The notes beneath the pieces are model-generated. The model had not been told where the DNA came from. It searched no databases and saw only the letters and a program-made list of their open reading frames with translations. A stretch of DNA of 61,847 nucleotides from a virus. Taxonomy: Duplodnaviria > Caudoviricetes. The stretch lies in the IMG/VR virus record IMGVR_UViG_3300033153_001680, positions 1 through 61,847 of that record. One strand, 5' to 3'. This document shows positions 1 through 7,551 of the stretch, piece after piece (positions within the stretch are counted from its first letter, which is position 1; each line of letters begins with the position of its first letter). The position numbers and the translations under genes were made by a program.

Positions 1-82
1 CCTCAGTTGCTTCTTTAATAGTAAACTCTTTCTTGGACCATTTGTTGTCGTGCTGGTCTACCCAGTGTAGATCTGTTTCCTT
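1..82. repeat. Terminal overlap identical to 61766-61847 (possible circularisation overlap)
   Basis: The first 82 nt match the last 82 nt exactly. The same sequence is also part of a multicopy cassette head, so circularity is not proven. Confidence 0.85.
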
Positions 83-85
83 CAT
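1..85 (-). CDS. 5' part of Cys-x-x repeat cassette B ([16 protein letters not shown]...), continuing into 61765 downwards if the genome is circular
   Basis: RBS AGGAG precedes ATG at 85. The frame matches the N-terminus of the intact paralogue at 2138-2722. Confidence 0.65.
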   Translation of the reverse strand, partial: MKETDLHWVDQHDNKWSKKEFTIKEATE

Positions 86-552
86 GATTCTGTTCTCCTG
101 TTGAATTAGTTTGGGTACTCCTTTTTCTTTCCCTCTGCGTTTGGTGCAGTCATGGCATATACGGCAGTAGTGGCAGTCGGTGCAGTTGGTGCAGATATGG
201 CAGTTGGTGCAGATACGGCAGTTGGCACAGTTGGTGCAGTCGGCACAGTTGGTGCAGTCGGTGCAGATACGGCAGTTGGTGCAGTAGTGGCAGTCGGTGC
301 AGTTGGTGCAGATATGGCAGTTGGTGCAGATACGGCAGTAGTGGCAGTCGGTGCAGTCGGTGCAGTTGGTGCAGAAGTGGCAGTTGGTGCAGTAGTGGCA
401 GTTGGTGCAGTAGTGGCAGTTGGTGCAGTTGGCGCAGTTGGTGCAGTTGGTGCAGTCAACTAGGGACTCACTAGCCTCAGTTGCTTCTTTAATAGTAAAC
501 TCTTTCTTGGACCATTTGTTGTCGTGCTGGTCTACCCAGTGTAGATCTTCAT
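86..552 (-). pseudogene. Cys-x-x repeat cassette A, frameshifted just after its start
   Basis: Same RBS and ATG as cassette B but lacking 7 nt (GAAACAG), giving MKIYTG-stop. The Cys frame downstream is open and reads into the ATG at 85. Confidence 0.7.
455..547. repeat. 93-bp constant cassette head, copy A
   Basis: Identical by eye to 60990-61082, 61423-61515 and 61746-61838. Confidence 0.9.
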
Positions 553-743
553 GATTCTGTTCTCCTGTTGAATTAGTTTGGATATGCAGTGGAATTAGCT
601 TCTTGAACCCCTACGGCCTGTCATGGCGCGAAGAGAGAAGAAGGTGTAGGGGTCTTCGTAGTTTGTGACTTCAGGATACTCTATGATCATAATAATACTC
701 ATAGCTAGGGTTCTTGGTTTTTTTTTTTTTTCTCCCCCGTAAC

Positions 744-835
744 CAGGGGTCGCTTGTCCTTGGATGATGTATGACTCATGGTGGCCGGAGGCGGTGCCCA
801 CTACCCACAATCAAGCCACTCATATTCTATTCCAC
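744..835 (-). pseudogene. Deleted remnant of the 60161-60461 region
   Basis: 744-799 matches 60161-60217 (GTASGHHESY..QGQATP) and is joined directly to a match to 60421-60461. Confidence 0.7.
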
Positions 836-974
836 AGCATCCAGTGATAGGCCAGCCTTTAAACAGTTCCATGCTCAGCTCGTTGTCCTCGTAGAGCCTC
901 CTTGTCAGTATCTACGGGTCATGCAGCACTTTGGACCGCTAGGGCAAAGGTTCCAAGAGCTATGCATATCCCGC

Positions 975-1274
975 TCATAAGTCTTCTCCTTGGTCGTTAG
1001 GTGCCCACTCTTGAGCACTGGGGTACTCCGTCCTATGGCGTGTCGTCTTATGGGGTAGCCTCTGGTAACTTGGGTTACAGGTGCGGCATACCCCATTATC
1101 GGTTAAAACTCCACAGTCTTTACAATGGGGGATGTCCTCAATGTTGTGTATGCCCATTAACCGAAGTGCCCTCCTTAGTACTCTCTTGGATGGGTGCAGC
1201 ACATGTTGTGCATTGGGGACGCTGCTTAACTCCTGGTTGTCCAATATAACTACTGTACTAATCTGCTTGCTCAT
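975..1274 (-). CDS. Hypothetical protein with a small zinc-ribbon motif
   Basis: 99-aa ORF in the early-gene orientation with CxxC-x8-CxxC (CKDC...CRTC). Confidence 0.55.
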   Translation of the reverse strand: MSKQISTVVILDNQELSSVPNAQHVLHPSKRVLRRALRLMGIHNIEDIPHCKDCGVLTDNGVCRTCNPSYQRLPHKTTRHRTEYPSAQEWAPNDQGEDL

Positions 1275-1276
1275 GG

Positions 1277-1456
1277 TTATATCTCGTCGTTAAAGTAAAA
1301 CAGAGGGCCGTTGCCTGAGTAGATAACTGTTTCGTCTTCGTCATTGAGGTTAGCTGTAAACCTGCAATAGGGGTTTTCAGAGTCGCACCCTAAGCTCTTT
1401 ACCTTGTGAAGGTCCATCAGTTCTTTAAGGTCTTCCATAAAAGTGTTGCTCTTCAT
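1277..1456 (-). CDS. Small hypothetical protein (59 aa, MKSNTFMEDLKELMD...)
   Basis: Translated by hand. AAGGAG RBS upstream; abuts the next gene. Confidence 0.55.
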   Translation of the reverse strand: MKSNTFMEDLKELMDLHKVKSLGCDSENPYCRFTANLNDEDETVIYSGNGPLFYFNDEI

Positions 1457-1556
1457 ATTGTACTCCTTGGATTACTGGTCCCGGATCAACTGGACAACAG
1501 ATTATAGCAGCCATTGATAATGCGACTAGTACCACAAGTATTAACCACCCGTTCAT
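1425..1556 (-). CDS. Small putative membrane peptide (43 aa)
   Basis: Translated by hand (MNGWLILVVLVALSMAAIICC...); GAGG RBS upstream. Confidence 0.4.
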   Translation of the reverse strand: MNGWLILVVLVALSMAAIICCPVDPGPVIQGVQYEEQHFYGRP

Positions 1557-1654
1557 GTGCTTGTCCTCTGGTTTAAATGATAGTTGGCTGGCTCATCAGC
1601 GAACAGGTACCGCCTGCTCGGATACTGCGGACGCATTGTCCGCAGTATACTGGA

Positions 1655-2029
1655 TCAGCAGTCTTGCGCAAGGAACCCGCAGTCCATTCTTATCAGGGAG
1701 GTTTCCGATTGTAGCCACTCGAAAAAAGTACCCTCTTGTTCGGAGCTCAAGTCATCGTTGGCACCTGCAAGCTCATCAGCTTCGTCTGGATCAATGCCCA
1801 CGTCCTCAAAAGAAAGGCCTCTGTCCTCTAGGTACCCAAGAATGGAGCTGTATTCTGTCCATTCGCAAGAAATAGCGCAAACGTCCAGCTCGGTTTCTTC
1901 TCCAATCTCATCTTCTAAGCACTCTAAGTACTCAAAGAGAGCAGTAAGAGCGTCACGGGAGAAGTTATCTTTGTACTGCGAAAGAGAGAAAGCTGAAATG
2001 AAATCATTTACTAATACTGTGGTTTTCAT
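1655..2029 (-). CDS. Acidic conserved phage early protein
   Basis: Likely start at 2029 (GAGG RBS). The pattern FSxxALxALFEYLE...ELDVxAIxCEWTEY resembles a widespread uncharacterised phage family. Confidence 0.7.
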   Translation of the reverse strand: MKTTVLVNDFISAFSLSQYKDNFSRDALTALFEYLECLEDEIGEETELDVCAISCEWTEYSSILGYLEDRGLSFEDVGIDPDEADELAGANDDLSSEQEGTFFEWLQSETSLIRMDCGFLAQDC

Positions 2030-2137
2030 AGTGGTCCTCTTTGATAGTGTAGGTTCTGCACTTCCCATCGGGATGCGCTTGACTTGTTAATGTAGCTTCT
2101 TGTCCTAATGCCAACCTTGCGTACCAGTCGGCATCGT

Positions 2138-2722
2138 TTATGCCAAGTGTGAGTCCCCTGTCTTAATAACCAGGGGACACGACTCGCTGAGTCTGCTGCC
2201 CTTGCCTGCACAGTCGGTGCAGTGCCAACAGCCGGTGCAGTCGGTGCAGTCGGTGCAGTGCCAACAGCCGGTGCAGTCGGTGCAGTCGGTGCAGTGCCAA
2301 CAGCCGGTGCAGCCGGTGCAGTCGGTGCAGTCGGCGCAGCCTTGGCAGCCTTGGCAGCCTTGGCAGTCGGCGCAGCCTTGGCAGCCTTGGCAGCCTTGGC
2401 AGCCTTGGCAGTTGGTGCAGTTGGTGCAGTTGGTGCAGTTGGTGCAGTTGGTGCAGTTGGTGCAGTCACGGCAGATATGGCAGCCGGTGCAGTCATGGCA
2501 TATACGGCAGTTGGCGCAGATACGGCAGTAGTGGCAGTTGGTGCAGTCATGGCAGCCGGTGCAGTCGGTGCAGTCGGTGCAGTACCAGCAGTTGGTGCAG
2601 TTGGTACAGTTGGTGCAGTAGACTAGGGACTCACTAGCCTCGGTTGCTTCTTCAGTATTAAACCTTTTCTTGTCCCACTTATTGCCGTTCTGGTCTACCC
2701 AGTGTAGCTCTGTTTCCTTCAC
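2138..2722 (-). CDS. Intact Cys-x-x repeat protein with WVDxNxNxW N-terminal head
   Basis: 194-aa ORF, AGGAG RBS, GTG start. Cys at every third residue over most of its length. Confidence 0.8.
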   Translation of the reverse strand: MKETELHWVDQNGNKWDKKRFNTEEATEASESLVYCTNCTNCTNCWYCTDCTDCTGCHDCTNCHYCRICANCRICHDCTGCHICRDCTNCTNCTNCTNCTNCTNCQGCQGCQGCQGCADCQGCQGCQGCADCTDCTGCTGCWHCTDCTDCTGCWHCTDCTDCTGCWHCTDCAGKGSRLSESCPLVIKTGDSHLA

Positions 2723-2756
2723 GATACTGTTCTCCTTTGATAGGTTTTCTCCCTTG

Positions 2757-3310
2757 TAACCAGGGGAGAGCCGGAGTTCTACTGAACCCGGTTATACGAG
2801 GTAAACTTCACACGATTTCAGTGTTTCGTAACACTTTAGTAATTTCAGTGGGTTACAATTTCAATGCTTATGTTAATAAATCTAATATGTTAATAGGACT
2901 ATGTTGTTTTTACGTTGTTATTAACTCGTCACTCTTTGGGGACTCATGGCGGGGACTCTTCGGGCTCTTTTGGCCGGTGGTTCACAGAGTTAAGTGATCC
3001 ACTGAAGAGTATCCGCTAAAAACCCTATACTGTGTATATTTATTTCCTCTCTTTTTCTCTCTTTTTCTCTCTTTTTCCTCATCCTCTATATAAAGTTAGG
3101 CTATCCTAACAAAAAAGAACCTTCTTATATACTATTTACTCTTTACTCTTCAGTGGACCAGTAAACCAGCGGATCAGGGGTCAAACCTCAAAGAGAGTAC
3201 AAGCCAAGAGTCTCCAACGAGCCTGAGAGTTTCCCCTGGTTATTTGTCAAAGAAATCAGCAACATCCGTAAACCACTGAATTACTTAATAAATCAGGATG
3301 TTGCTGAAAT
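2757..3310. other. Non-coding region with several inverted repeats around an AT/pyrimidine-rich core; candidate replication origin
   Basis: Inverted pairs 2998-3011/3144-3157, 2757-2767/3232-3242, 2839-2856/3268-3284 (imperfect) and 3256-3267/3296-3307. A (CTCTCTTTTT)x3 tract lies near 3047-3076. Confidence 0.5.
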
Positions 3311-3407
3311 CATGAAAGTATCAAATTATGTGGCAGTACGAAGTATCAATTCTGCCTAGTACAAAGTGGCGACGTACCTGCCACAAAATTTGCTATTTAC
3401 CTGCACA

Positions 3408-3429
3408 CTGTGGTACTTTTATACCACAG
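3408..3429 (-). terminator. Hairpin downstream of 3450-3902
   Basis: CTGTGGTA-CTTTTA-TACCACAG, 8-bp stem; no clear U tract. Confidence 0.35.
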
Positions 3430-3449
3430 CGTAGGACAATTCGAACGTA

Positions 3450-3902
3450 CTAGTAAATGCACTGCGGGGTCTGCTGTGCAAGCCTACTGGCCCTCTTTTT
3501 AGTGAGAAATCCGAAGGCCTGTAGGTTGTTTATCAAGTGGTAATTTGTTTCAAACACCATGTCCATACCACACCCCGACACTTTTACATTCCCGACTTTG
3601 TTGAGAGGCGAGCCCGAGAATGCACCAAATAAGTCATTGTAGTCATTATACTGAAACCTGCTGGCATGCTTAGACGGCTTTTCACAGGCTCTAAAGCTCA
3701 TGGTTCGAGTCATACCGGATCTTGAAACACTGTGGACAACACATAATACTCTCCCCTGGTCCAGTGCTTTTATGTACTGCTTTGCCTTTGTTTCCAGAGA
3801 GCTTACATACCCCTGGATACCTTCATCACTCTTTGAGTAGTATGAAGGCATCTTAATCTTACCTGAAATCAGTTGTTCTGCGATACGGTCATGGCGTGTC
3901 AT
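3450..3902 (-). CDS. Conserved phage/mobile-element early protein
   Basis: Motifs VSRSGMxR and GCGMDMxF; has its own promoter and AGGAG RBS. Confidence 0.75.
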   Translation of the reverse strand: MTRHDRIAEQLISGKIKMPSYYSKSDEGIQGYVSSLETKAKQYIKALDQGRVLCVVHSVSRSGMTRTMSFRACEKPSKHASRFQYNDYNDLFGAFSGSPLNKVGNVKVSGCGMDMVFETNYHLINNLQAFGFLTKKRASRLAQQTPQCIY

Positions 3903-3935
3903 GTGTTTCTCCTTTTAGTGTCTATCTTATACCCT

Positions 3936-3964
3936 ATAGTACTAAACTCTGTTCCTCTTGTCAA
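3936..3964 (-). promoter_or_regulatory. Sigma70-type leftward promoter, copy 1
   Basis: TTGACA (3964-3959), 17-nt spacer, TACTAT (3941-3936). Confidence 0.8.
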
Positions 3965-3992
3965 GTACTAATCTTACTTCTTTACTACTGGA

Positions 3993-4208
3993 TCAGTGCT
4001 CGTCTTTCTGGCCGTTATACTTAGTAGCTTCAGAGTTAAAAAGCAAATCTGTACAGAATGTGCAGTTCGCACAGTATGCGTAGTTGTAGCACTCTCCGCA
4101 GTTAAATAGGGCTTTACTCTGTTTTTCAGCCTCTTCCTTAGTATACAAGTCCATGCTCCCGCTGTTGTTTCTACCATCAAACCGCACTTTACCAGCACTC
4201 TGAATCAT
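3993..4208 (-). CDS. Short divergent paralogue of the Cys-x-x repeat proteins
   Basis: Likely ATG at 4208 after a GGAG RBS. YTKEEAEKQSKALFNCGEC...CANCTFC resembles [19 protein letters not shown]. Confidence 0.6.
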   Translation of the reverse strand: MIQSAGKVRFDGRNNSGSMDLYTKEEAEKQSKALFNCGECYNYAYCANCTFCTDLLFNSEATKYNGQKDEH

Positions 4209-4242
4209 GATATTTCTCCCTTTAGTGTTTATCTTATACTCT

Positions 4243-4271
4243 ATAGTACTAAACTCTGTTCCTCTTGTCAA
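4243..4271 (-). promoter_or_regulatory. Sigma70-type leftward promoter, copy 2 (identical to copy 1)
   Basis: TTGACA (4271-4266), 17-nt spacer, TACTAT (4248-4243). Confidence 0.8.
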
Positions 4272-4590
4272 GTACTACTCTTGCTTTCTTTTACTCTTTA
4301 CTACTGGATTGGTACTCATTCATTCTTTCTACTCCTTATAATGCATAGACCATGCCAGTTAGTACTAATACAATTACCTAGTAATACTGCGTACTTACGA
4401 GACCTGAGTACAAGTGGTTCACTGTTGACGTACAAATAGCTGTACCGAATACCCCTAACCATCTGTTAATACTACTAATCCAGTTAACTATACCCGTACA
4501 AAATACTATACTGTGGAAAATTGATGGGGTGTGGGGGTATGGGCTGGCCCACTGGTGCGGGTATGTGGAAACCCTACTCTCACAGCAGAT

Positions 4591-4704
4591 CAGTGAATCA
4601 GATGACACAAATTTTGTAACCACAGTGAATCAGATGACACAAATTTTGTAACCACAGTGAATCAGATGACACAAATTTTGTAACCACAGTGAATCAGATG
4701 ACAC
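4591..4704. repeat. Perfect 32-bp tandem repeat, about 3.6 copies
   Basis: Unit CAGTGAATCAGATGACACAAATTTTGTAACCA at 4591, 4623 and 4655, partial at 4687. Confidence 0.95.
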
Positions 4705-4776
4705 GTAACCCTCTTACGCTAAGGCACAAAAATTTGGGGTAAGTACCCGTGGAGGAAATTTAAGCATTATTTTTGT

Positions 4777-4805
4777 TTGAAAAATACCTTCAGTACGTGT
4801 ATAAT
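4777..4805 (+). promoter_or_regulatory. Sigma70-type rightward promoter for the morphogenesis arm
   Basis: TTGAAA (4777-4782), 17-nt spacer, TATAAT (4800-4805). Confidence 0.8.
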
Positions 4806-4842
4806 AAAAACTAAAGAAACTTTAACCTAAAAGAGTAGCTCC

Positions 4843-5265
4843 ATGAATGAAGGAATCCTAAAACTACAGTACGAAATCCTCGGGGTCTCTTTTGCCGAAA
4901 TGGCCTCTGGAGAAGAGTATTCTCCAGAGTTCCTTAAAGGCATCGCCAAGCAGCAGGAGTGGAAAAGAAAATTCGAACCCCTGAGCTTGACTGAAGAGGA
5001 TTCAGATGTCTTCTTAGAGGACTCTAAGAAAAGACTCCAGATTTTCGAGACCTCAAAAGAACTGTACCTCGCCGGAAAGTACTCTATCCTAGAGGCGAGC
5101 GTTATCCAGAAAGCAATCCTGTCAGCCGAACGCGATGACATCTCAGTCAACGAACTGAAGACCCTCTCCTCCATGCTGACCTCGTTAAAAGGGCCTCCTA
5201 AGTCCAGTGCAGCCCTTGAGGACGGAGCTCCCCTGGTTGTGGTTAAGGACTATAGGGGCTCATGA
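4843..5265 (+). CDS. Putative terminase small subunit
   Basis: First gene of the packaging operon. Helical, 140 aa, ends in a short hydrophobic strand (PLVVVKDY). Mostly a positional call. Confidence 0.5.
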   Translation: MNEGILKLQYEILGVSFAEMASGEEYSPEFLKGIAKQQEWKRKFEPLSLTEEDSDVFLEDSKKRLQIFETSKELYLAGKYSILEASVIQKAILSAERDDISVNELKTLSSMLTSLKGPPKSSAALEDGAPLVVVKDYRGS

Positions 5266-5675
5266 AAAAGCTGATACTGCTGGTATGCCTCTGCTCCCTG
5301 ATAACCGGATGCTCTCTAATGGAGAAGTCTGAGACAGCTCGTTGGGATGCTTACAGAGAGGCACAGCATGCGAGCATCGTCGCTAAGTCTCTAGTTGTTA
5401 AGCAGAGGGAGGAGACTAAACGAGAGTGGTTGAGGACTCAAGTGGAGGTCCTGGAGAACCCTTTGGCGGACTCTTCTGCCGCTGCTATATTTATGGCTGT
5501 TCGAGTCGCTGAGATGTTTAGTCCCGAAGCCCGCGCAGCAGAAGCTTTCATGAATCATCAGACCGAGATTCCTACAGGGGTCCTGAAGGAGACTCTTCAG
5601 GAACTCCGGGGTTTTGCGCCTGCTGTGCTTACCGGATGGGCCGTAGGTCAGGTCTTTAAAAAGGCAGATGAGTAG
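5262..5675 (+). CDS. Putative lipoprotein
   Basis: MKK, hydrophobic stretch, then lipobox-like LITG-C. Confidence 0.7.
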   Translation: MKKLILLVCLCSLITGCSLMEKSETARWDAYREAQHASIVAKSLVVKQREETKREWLRTQVEVLENPLADSSAAAIFMAVRVAEMFSPEARAAEAFMNHQTEIPTGVLKETLQELRGFAPAVLTGWAVGQVFKKADE

Positions 5676-5708
5676 TCTCAGGGAACTGTCAAATCCAAAG
5701 GTACCTTA

Positions 5709-6092
5709 ATGAGTGTGCTTGAACGCTTGATAGGAGCTTTACTGACTCCTAACATATTAACATATATCATAACTTCCTATGTGGGAGTTGTCATGTTTTT
5801 CCTGAAGTCCTTCGACAAGAGGATCAGAGCTTTAGAAAAAGGAAAAGTTGATACCGAGGATCTTGTGAGTGTTCGGGAACTCATGCAGCAGATGATCAAA
5901 ACTCAAGATAAACGTGCTGACCGAATAGAGGATCTTCTACAAAAATTAGCCTCCTGGGAACCTAGCCCTACTGAGCCTGACATCTCGTCCCTGGAGTTGT
6001 CCAAAGTGTCCAATGTAGTAGAGACTTTGGCAAAAGAAGTAGATAAGTCGAACCGCCTTCTGGAAAACCACCTCTCTAAGTATGAAGTTTGA
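5709..6092 (+). CDS. Single-TM membrane protein with coiled-coil C-terminus (possibly lysis-related)
   Basis: N-terminal hydrophobic segment followed by KRIRALE and heptad-like repeats. Confidence 0.6.
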   Translation: MSVLERLIGALLTPNILTYIITSYVGVVMFFLKSFDKRIRALEKGKVDTEDLVSVRELMQQMIKTQDKRADRIEDLLQKLASWEPSPTEPDISSLELSKVSNVVETLAKEVDKSNRLLENHLSKYEV

Positions 6093-7551
6093 GATCCACA
6101 CTAAAGCTCAGGGTCCTGTACTGGAAGAATTCAGGCGTTGCAGGGCTCGACGAAAGTTCATTATGGGTCCCTTGGGTTCCGCTAAGACTCATGAAGCCTG
6201 TCAGTGTGTCTTTGAGCTTATGCGCGAGCAAGAACCCTTTAGGGGTGTTCGTCGTACTCGGTGGTTTGCAATCAGGAACACGTACTCTGATTTGCACACC
6301 ACTACAATAAAGGATTGGATAGAGCTGTATGGAGACCTTGGGAGGTATAAAGGCGGCGGAGCAGAACCTCCTTGCCACTACCTAAGATTCAGGCTGGAAG
6401 ATAGGACTTATGTAGAGTCAGAGCTAATCTTCCTTGCCCTGGATAGGCCTGCTTCGGTACGAAGACTCAAGAGTACCCAGGTAACTGGAGTTTGGCTTAA
6501 TGAAACTTGTGAACTCGATAAGGCAGTAATAGATGAAGCGGACCTCAGAACCGGAAGATTCCCCCCTCCCTGGGAAGGCGGTGCCACTTGGCACGGAATG
6601 CTTGGTGATACGAACGCCCCCGACGAGGACTCTTGGTACCACTACCTTGCGGAGGAAGTTAAGCCAGCAGGGTGGAAGTTCTTTAAACAGCTCGGAGGGG
6701 TCTTGCGTGAAATGCGAACGCTGCCGGATGGCCGGGTTGAGTGGACCGGCGGATGGGTACCAAACCCCGAAGCCGAGAACTTGCGAAACTTGCCCGAAGG
6801 CTACTACGAAGATGGGATGCAAGGAAAGTCCGACCAGTGGATCGCCGTGAGACTCGCAAACGAGTATGGGGCGTTTCATACAGGTAAAGCTGTCTATGAG
6901 CACCAGTGGAACCGAAACCTCCATATAGACGAGGACGTTGAGTTTATAGAGGGCCTCCCTATAATAGTGGGGATGGATTTTGGCCTGACCCCCTCAGCCA
7001 TCATAGGTCAAGTCACTCCCAGGGGCCGACTTCAGATCTTGGACGAGATCCTTGCCTTTGGCATGGGGATAAACCAGTTCGCTACGTCACTCCTTATCCC
7101 CCTGGTTAAGAACAAATATAGTAGAGCTTCAGATGTTATCTACATAGGGGACCCCGCTGGAAATCAGCGAGCCCAAACGGACGAGATGACGGTTTTTAAG
7201 GAACTGAGTTCTCTGGGCATCGACGCAGAACCGGCTAATACTAATGACGTGGACGTAAGGTGGGAAGCGGTAAGATGGTTTCTTCAGCAACTGCGGGATG
7301 GTAAGGCGGCTTTCGCTGTTCATCCAAGATGTAGAACCGTTATCAAGGGTTTTGATAGTGGTTACCAATTTAAGAGACTTGAAGTATCGGGTGCCGAACC
7401 TAAATATAGTGGTCGAGCCGAAAAGAATAAGTACTCTCATCCGCATGATGCTCTTCAGTATTTAGCTATGTACTTAAAAGGAGACGACGGGGGTATGTCA
7501 GATCAACCATTAGACAACAAGGCAGTTTCTGAAGAGACTCTGTGGGCGTAA
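6082..7551 (+). CDS. terL: Terminase large subunit
   Basis: Walker A-like GPLGSAKT, Walker B-like GVWLNE, nuclease motifs GMDFG and HPHDALQY. Confidence 0.93.
   Translation: MKFEIHTKAQGPVLEEFRRCRARRKFIMGPLGSAKTHEACQCVFELMREQEPFRGVRRTRWFAIRNTYSDLHTTTIKDWIELYGDLGRYKGGGAEPPCHYLRFRLEDRTYVESELIFLALDRPASVRRLKSTQVTGVWLNETCELDKAVIDEADLRTGRFPPPWEGGATWHGMLGDTNAPDEDSWYHYLAEEVKPAGWKFFKQLGGVLREMRTLPDGRVEWTGGWVPNPEAENLRNLPEGYYEDGMQGKSDQWIAVRLANEYGAFHTGKAVYEHQWNRNLHIDEDVEFIEGLPIIVGMDFGLTPSAIIGQVTPRGRLQILDEILAFGMGINQFATSLLIPLVKNKYSRASDVIYIGDPAGNQRAQTDEMTVFKELSSLGIDAEPANTNDVDVRWEAVRWFLQQLRDGKAAFAVHPRCRTVIKGFDSGYQFKRLEVSGAEPKYSGRAEKNKYSHPHDALQYLAMYLKGDDGGMSDQPLDNKAVSEETLWA

Noticed and set aside
1-82. Physical direct terminal repeat of the virion DNA
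   Set aside because: The overlap lies inside a sequence present at several internal positions and cuts a gene, so it is more likely an assembly break in a repeat.
106-463. TAP-repeat, VGA-repeat and VQL/VQS-repeat ORFs (also 2026-2626 and 60506-61750)
   Set aside because: These are shadow frames of the stop-free 9-bp unit. They lack RBSs, and only the Cys frame is conserved and joined to the conserved head.
2138-2722. Multiheme cytochrome c (4 CxxCH here, 9 in cassette D)
   Set aside because: CxxCH arises automatically from Cys every third residue plus CHY/CHD units. Motifs are as close as 6 residues and there is no export signal for heme attachment.
3700-3715. GGTTCGAGTC resembling a tRNA T-arm
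   Set aside because: It lies within the conserved 3450-3902 gene and I could not fold a cloverleaf around it.
4378-4623. 81-aa ORF over the divergent promoter region (also 2737-2997)
   Set aside because: It starts inside the 32-bp repeat, has no RBS and no protein-like features; the region is better explained as regulatory.
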